A DNA stretch of 20,000 nt from Thraustochytrium aureum (Eukaryota). The position numbers and the translations under genes were made by a program. Of this stretch, positions 18,118 to 20,000 are shown piece after piece. The notes under the pieces were generated by a model. That model searched no databases, was not told the origin of the DNA, and saw only the letters and a program-made list of their open reading frames with translations. The stretch is taken from positions 46,775 through 66,774 of the forward strand of contig BLSG01000299.1 of NCBI GenBank assembly GCA_012862495.1, written 5' to 3'. Each line of letters opens with the position of its first letter. Positions within the stretch are counted from its first letter, which is position 1.

Positions 18118-19990
18118 CTACGCGCGCACAAAGGGTTCCAGGTTGATCTCCAGCACGGTGCTCGGGAACGGCACCTTGAAGTTTTGCAGCACGTCCGGGT
18201 GCAGCACCCCCATCGTCCCGACAGAGGTGTACGTGTCCGAGCCGTTCGGCTTCCACTCGATGCTCGCGCCGCGGCCCGGAAAGTACATGCCGTCCATGCA
18301 CTCGACGATCTTGTACTCGCCGATGGAAGCCCCGGTGCTCGTGAGCATCTTGACAAGCTGCGAGTCGGCAGCCTCGGGGCAGTACTCCTGCGACGGGACC
18401 ACGCTAAGAACCTGCATGAGGCGGTCCACAAGCCCGTGAATGGTCTCAAAGCTGGAAACGAGGCCTGCATGCATGGCCGCCAGGCGGCGCTCGTTGCGGC
18501 ACCCAATATCCTTTTGCTCGACGGTGCGCGGGTCGCGAAGCACGACGTCCGAGACCTCAAAGAGCCTGATGCCCTCTGAAATCTTGAGCGCCATGTTCTC
18601 CGCCAGGGTCTTGAGCATGCCTGGGAGCAGCGAGGTGCGGACCACCTGAAACTCGAGCGTCTTCGGGTTGGCCAGCGAGACGGCAAGCCCGTCGTCGGCT
18701 CGGTTCAGCAGCCCATAGTTCTCGGCCCGCGAGCAGAGCCCCAGAGACAGGATCTCCATGTATCCTTGGCGGCTGACTTCGTAGCGAAGGAGGTCCGCGA
18801 GGAGGTTGACTGGGAGCTCCTTGCCGGCGCCGTGGCTCACCGGAACGGTGCGCGGGATGTTGTTAAACCCGTAAGCGATTGCGATGTCCTCGATAATGTC
18901 CACCTCGTGGAGGATGTCGCTCCGCGTGACTGGGACAGTCACGGTCAGCAGCTCCTTAGCGGCGTCCAGGCGGGCCGGGCCAAGCTGCATGCGGTCGCAC
19001 AGGTGGATCATCTTTTCCGCCTCGAGGTCGATCCCAATCGTCGAGGTCACCTCGCGAACTCGCGCGGTGGCCTCGCGCGTCGCCAGGTCCGGGCAGAGCA
19101 TGGACGAGATGGCCTCCGACTGCCCCCCAGGCACGACGGGCTGGTCGTACTCGACCTGGACAGTCTCAACGCTGTCCGGGTCTTTGCAGTACCGAGCAAA
19201 CATGGATACGATCGTGTTGAGCACGACCTTGGCCTTGGTCATGTCCGTCGCGGTGCACTCGATAAACATGTTTTTCGTGCTTGGGCTGATCTTGGACACT
19301 GCGCCATTGATGATCGGTGGCAGCGAGAGCACGGTGCGGTTCTTGTCGTAGATGACTGGGTACACGGGCGAGTCGTATATGATGTCGGTGTACTCTTTGA
19401 TGTGCTTGCCCTCGGGATCGCTGCGAAACCAGTCCAGCATCTCCTTGCCGTTCATCTCAGTGGAGGCAAACAGGTGCTGGAAGCGGATCTCGTTCGGTGG
19501 GAGCGCCTCGTACGTGAAGGGCCCCTCAATTGAGTCTAGGTCGTGCGTGCCGATCGCCACGAGCGTGCGCCTGCGGCACAGGTTGCGGTGCAGCTGGTCT
19601 TGCAGGTCGAGGCAGCTCTGGTAGCTCGTCTGGTCGAGCTCGAGGCCGCGGAGCACGGCGCACACCACAAAGGGCCGGATCTGGGCCGTCTCTGCGCGAA
19701 CCACCATTTTGGTCTTGGCCGCCGCCTCTGGCGCGGGCGTTATGGCGCGAAACACAGGGGCGGGGTCCTTTTCAAGGAAGACGCGCAGAGCGCGCGCCAG
19801 GCCTTCCAGGCAGAGGAGATCGTACCGGTTAGCGGGGATGTCGATTTTGTACACCTCCTTGCCCTCCTCCGTCACGACATCGTCCAGCTCGATGCCAAAG
19901 TCAAAGCAAAGCTGGTCAAAACTCCTCGCGAGTGTACTCCTTCTCGAGCGCCTTGAACAGCAAGTCCCGGTCCAGCCCAATCGTCGGCAT
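18118..19990 (-). CDS. FARSB: Phenylalanyl-tRNA synthetase beta subunit, eukaryotic cytosolic type (1-bp homopolymer insertion at 19918-19921)
   Basis: ATG at 19990 gives MPTIGLDRDLLFKALEKEYTREEF. Removing one T continues FDQLCFDFGIELD...YKIDIPANRYDLLCLEGLARAL, RRRTLVAIGTHDLD, VLSLPPIING, TRSDILHEVDIIEDIAIAYGFNN, NPKTLEFQVVRTSLLPG, GVLHPDVL. Confidence 0.97.
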
Positions 19991-20000
19991 GTTCCCTCGC

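Noticed and set aside
796..19990. Calling the frameshifted genes pseudogenes or programmed frameshifts
   Set aside because: Indels are mostly in homopolymers, the repaired frames show no premature stops, and an essential gene is affected, so assembly error is more parsimonious.

Overview
GC-rich, gene-dense, intron-poor eukaryotic scaffold. A stramenopile/thraustochytrid-like origin is my inference from composition and intergenic microsatellites. There are three N-gaps (2973-3304, 6595-7433, 13077-13335) and several single-base indels, mostly in homopolymers, that split ORFs. One falls in the essential PheRS beta gene, so most frameshifts are probably assembly errors. Gene order: MORN-repeat/adenylate kinase fusion (+), NagD-like HAD-IIA hydrolase (+), Cys-rich membrane protein (-), 3-isopropylmalate dehydrogenase (+), tandem sulfotransferase-like protein (+), helical/coiled-coil protein ending in a CaaX box (-), a ~4.3 kb DNA transposon (-), an unknown coiled-coil protein (+) and cytosolic PheRS beta (-). 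The highlight is the transposon. Its piggyBac-like DDD transposase has a ~500-aa insert between the 2nd and 3rd catalytic Asp carrying YqaJ/lambda-exonuclease-like motifs and a SAP-like helix pair. It also has a C-terminal Cys-rich finger and non-canonical palindromic AT-rich ends with no TTAA target duplication. Secondary highlights: a LeuB lacking the NAD-specifying Asp, and a lamin-like CaaX protein.
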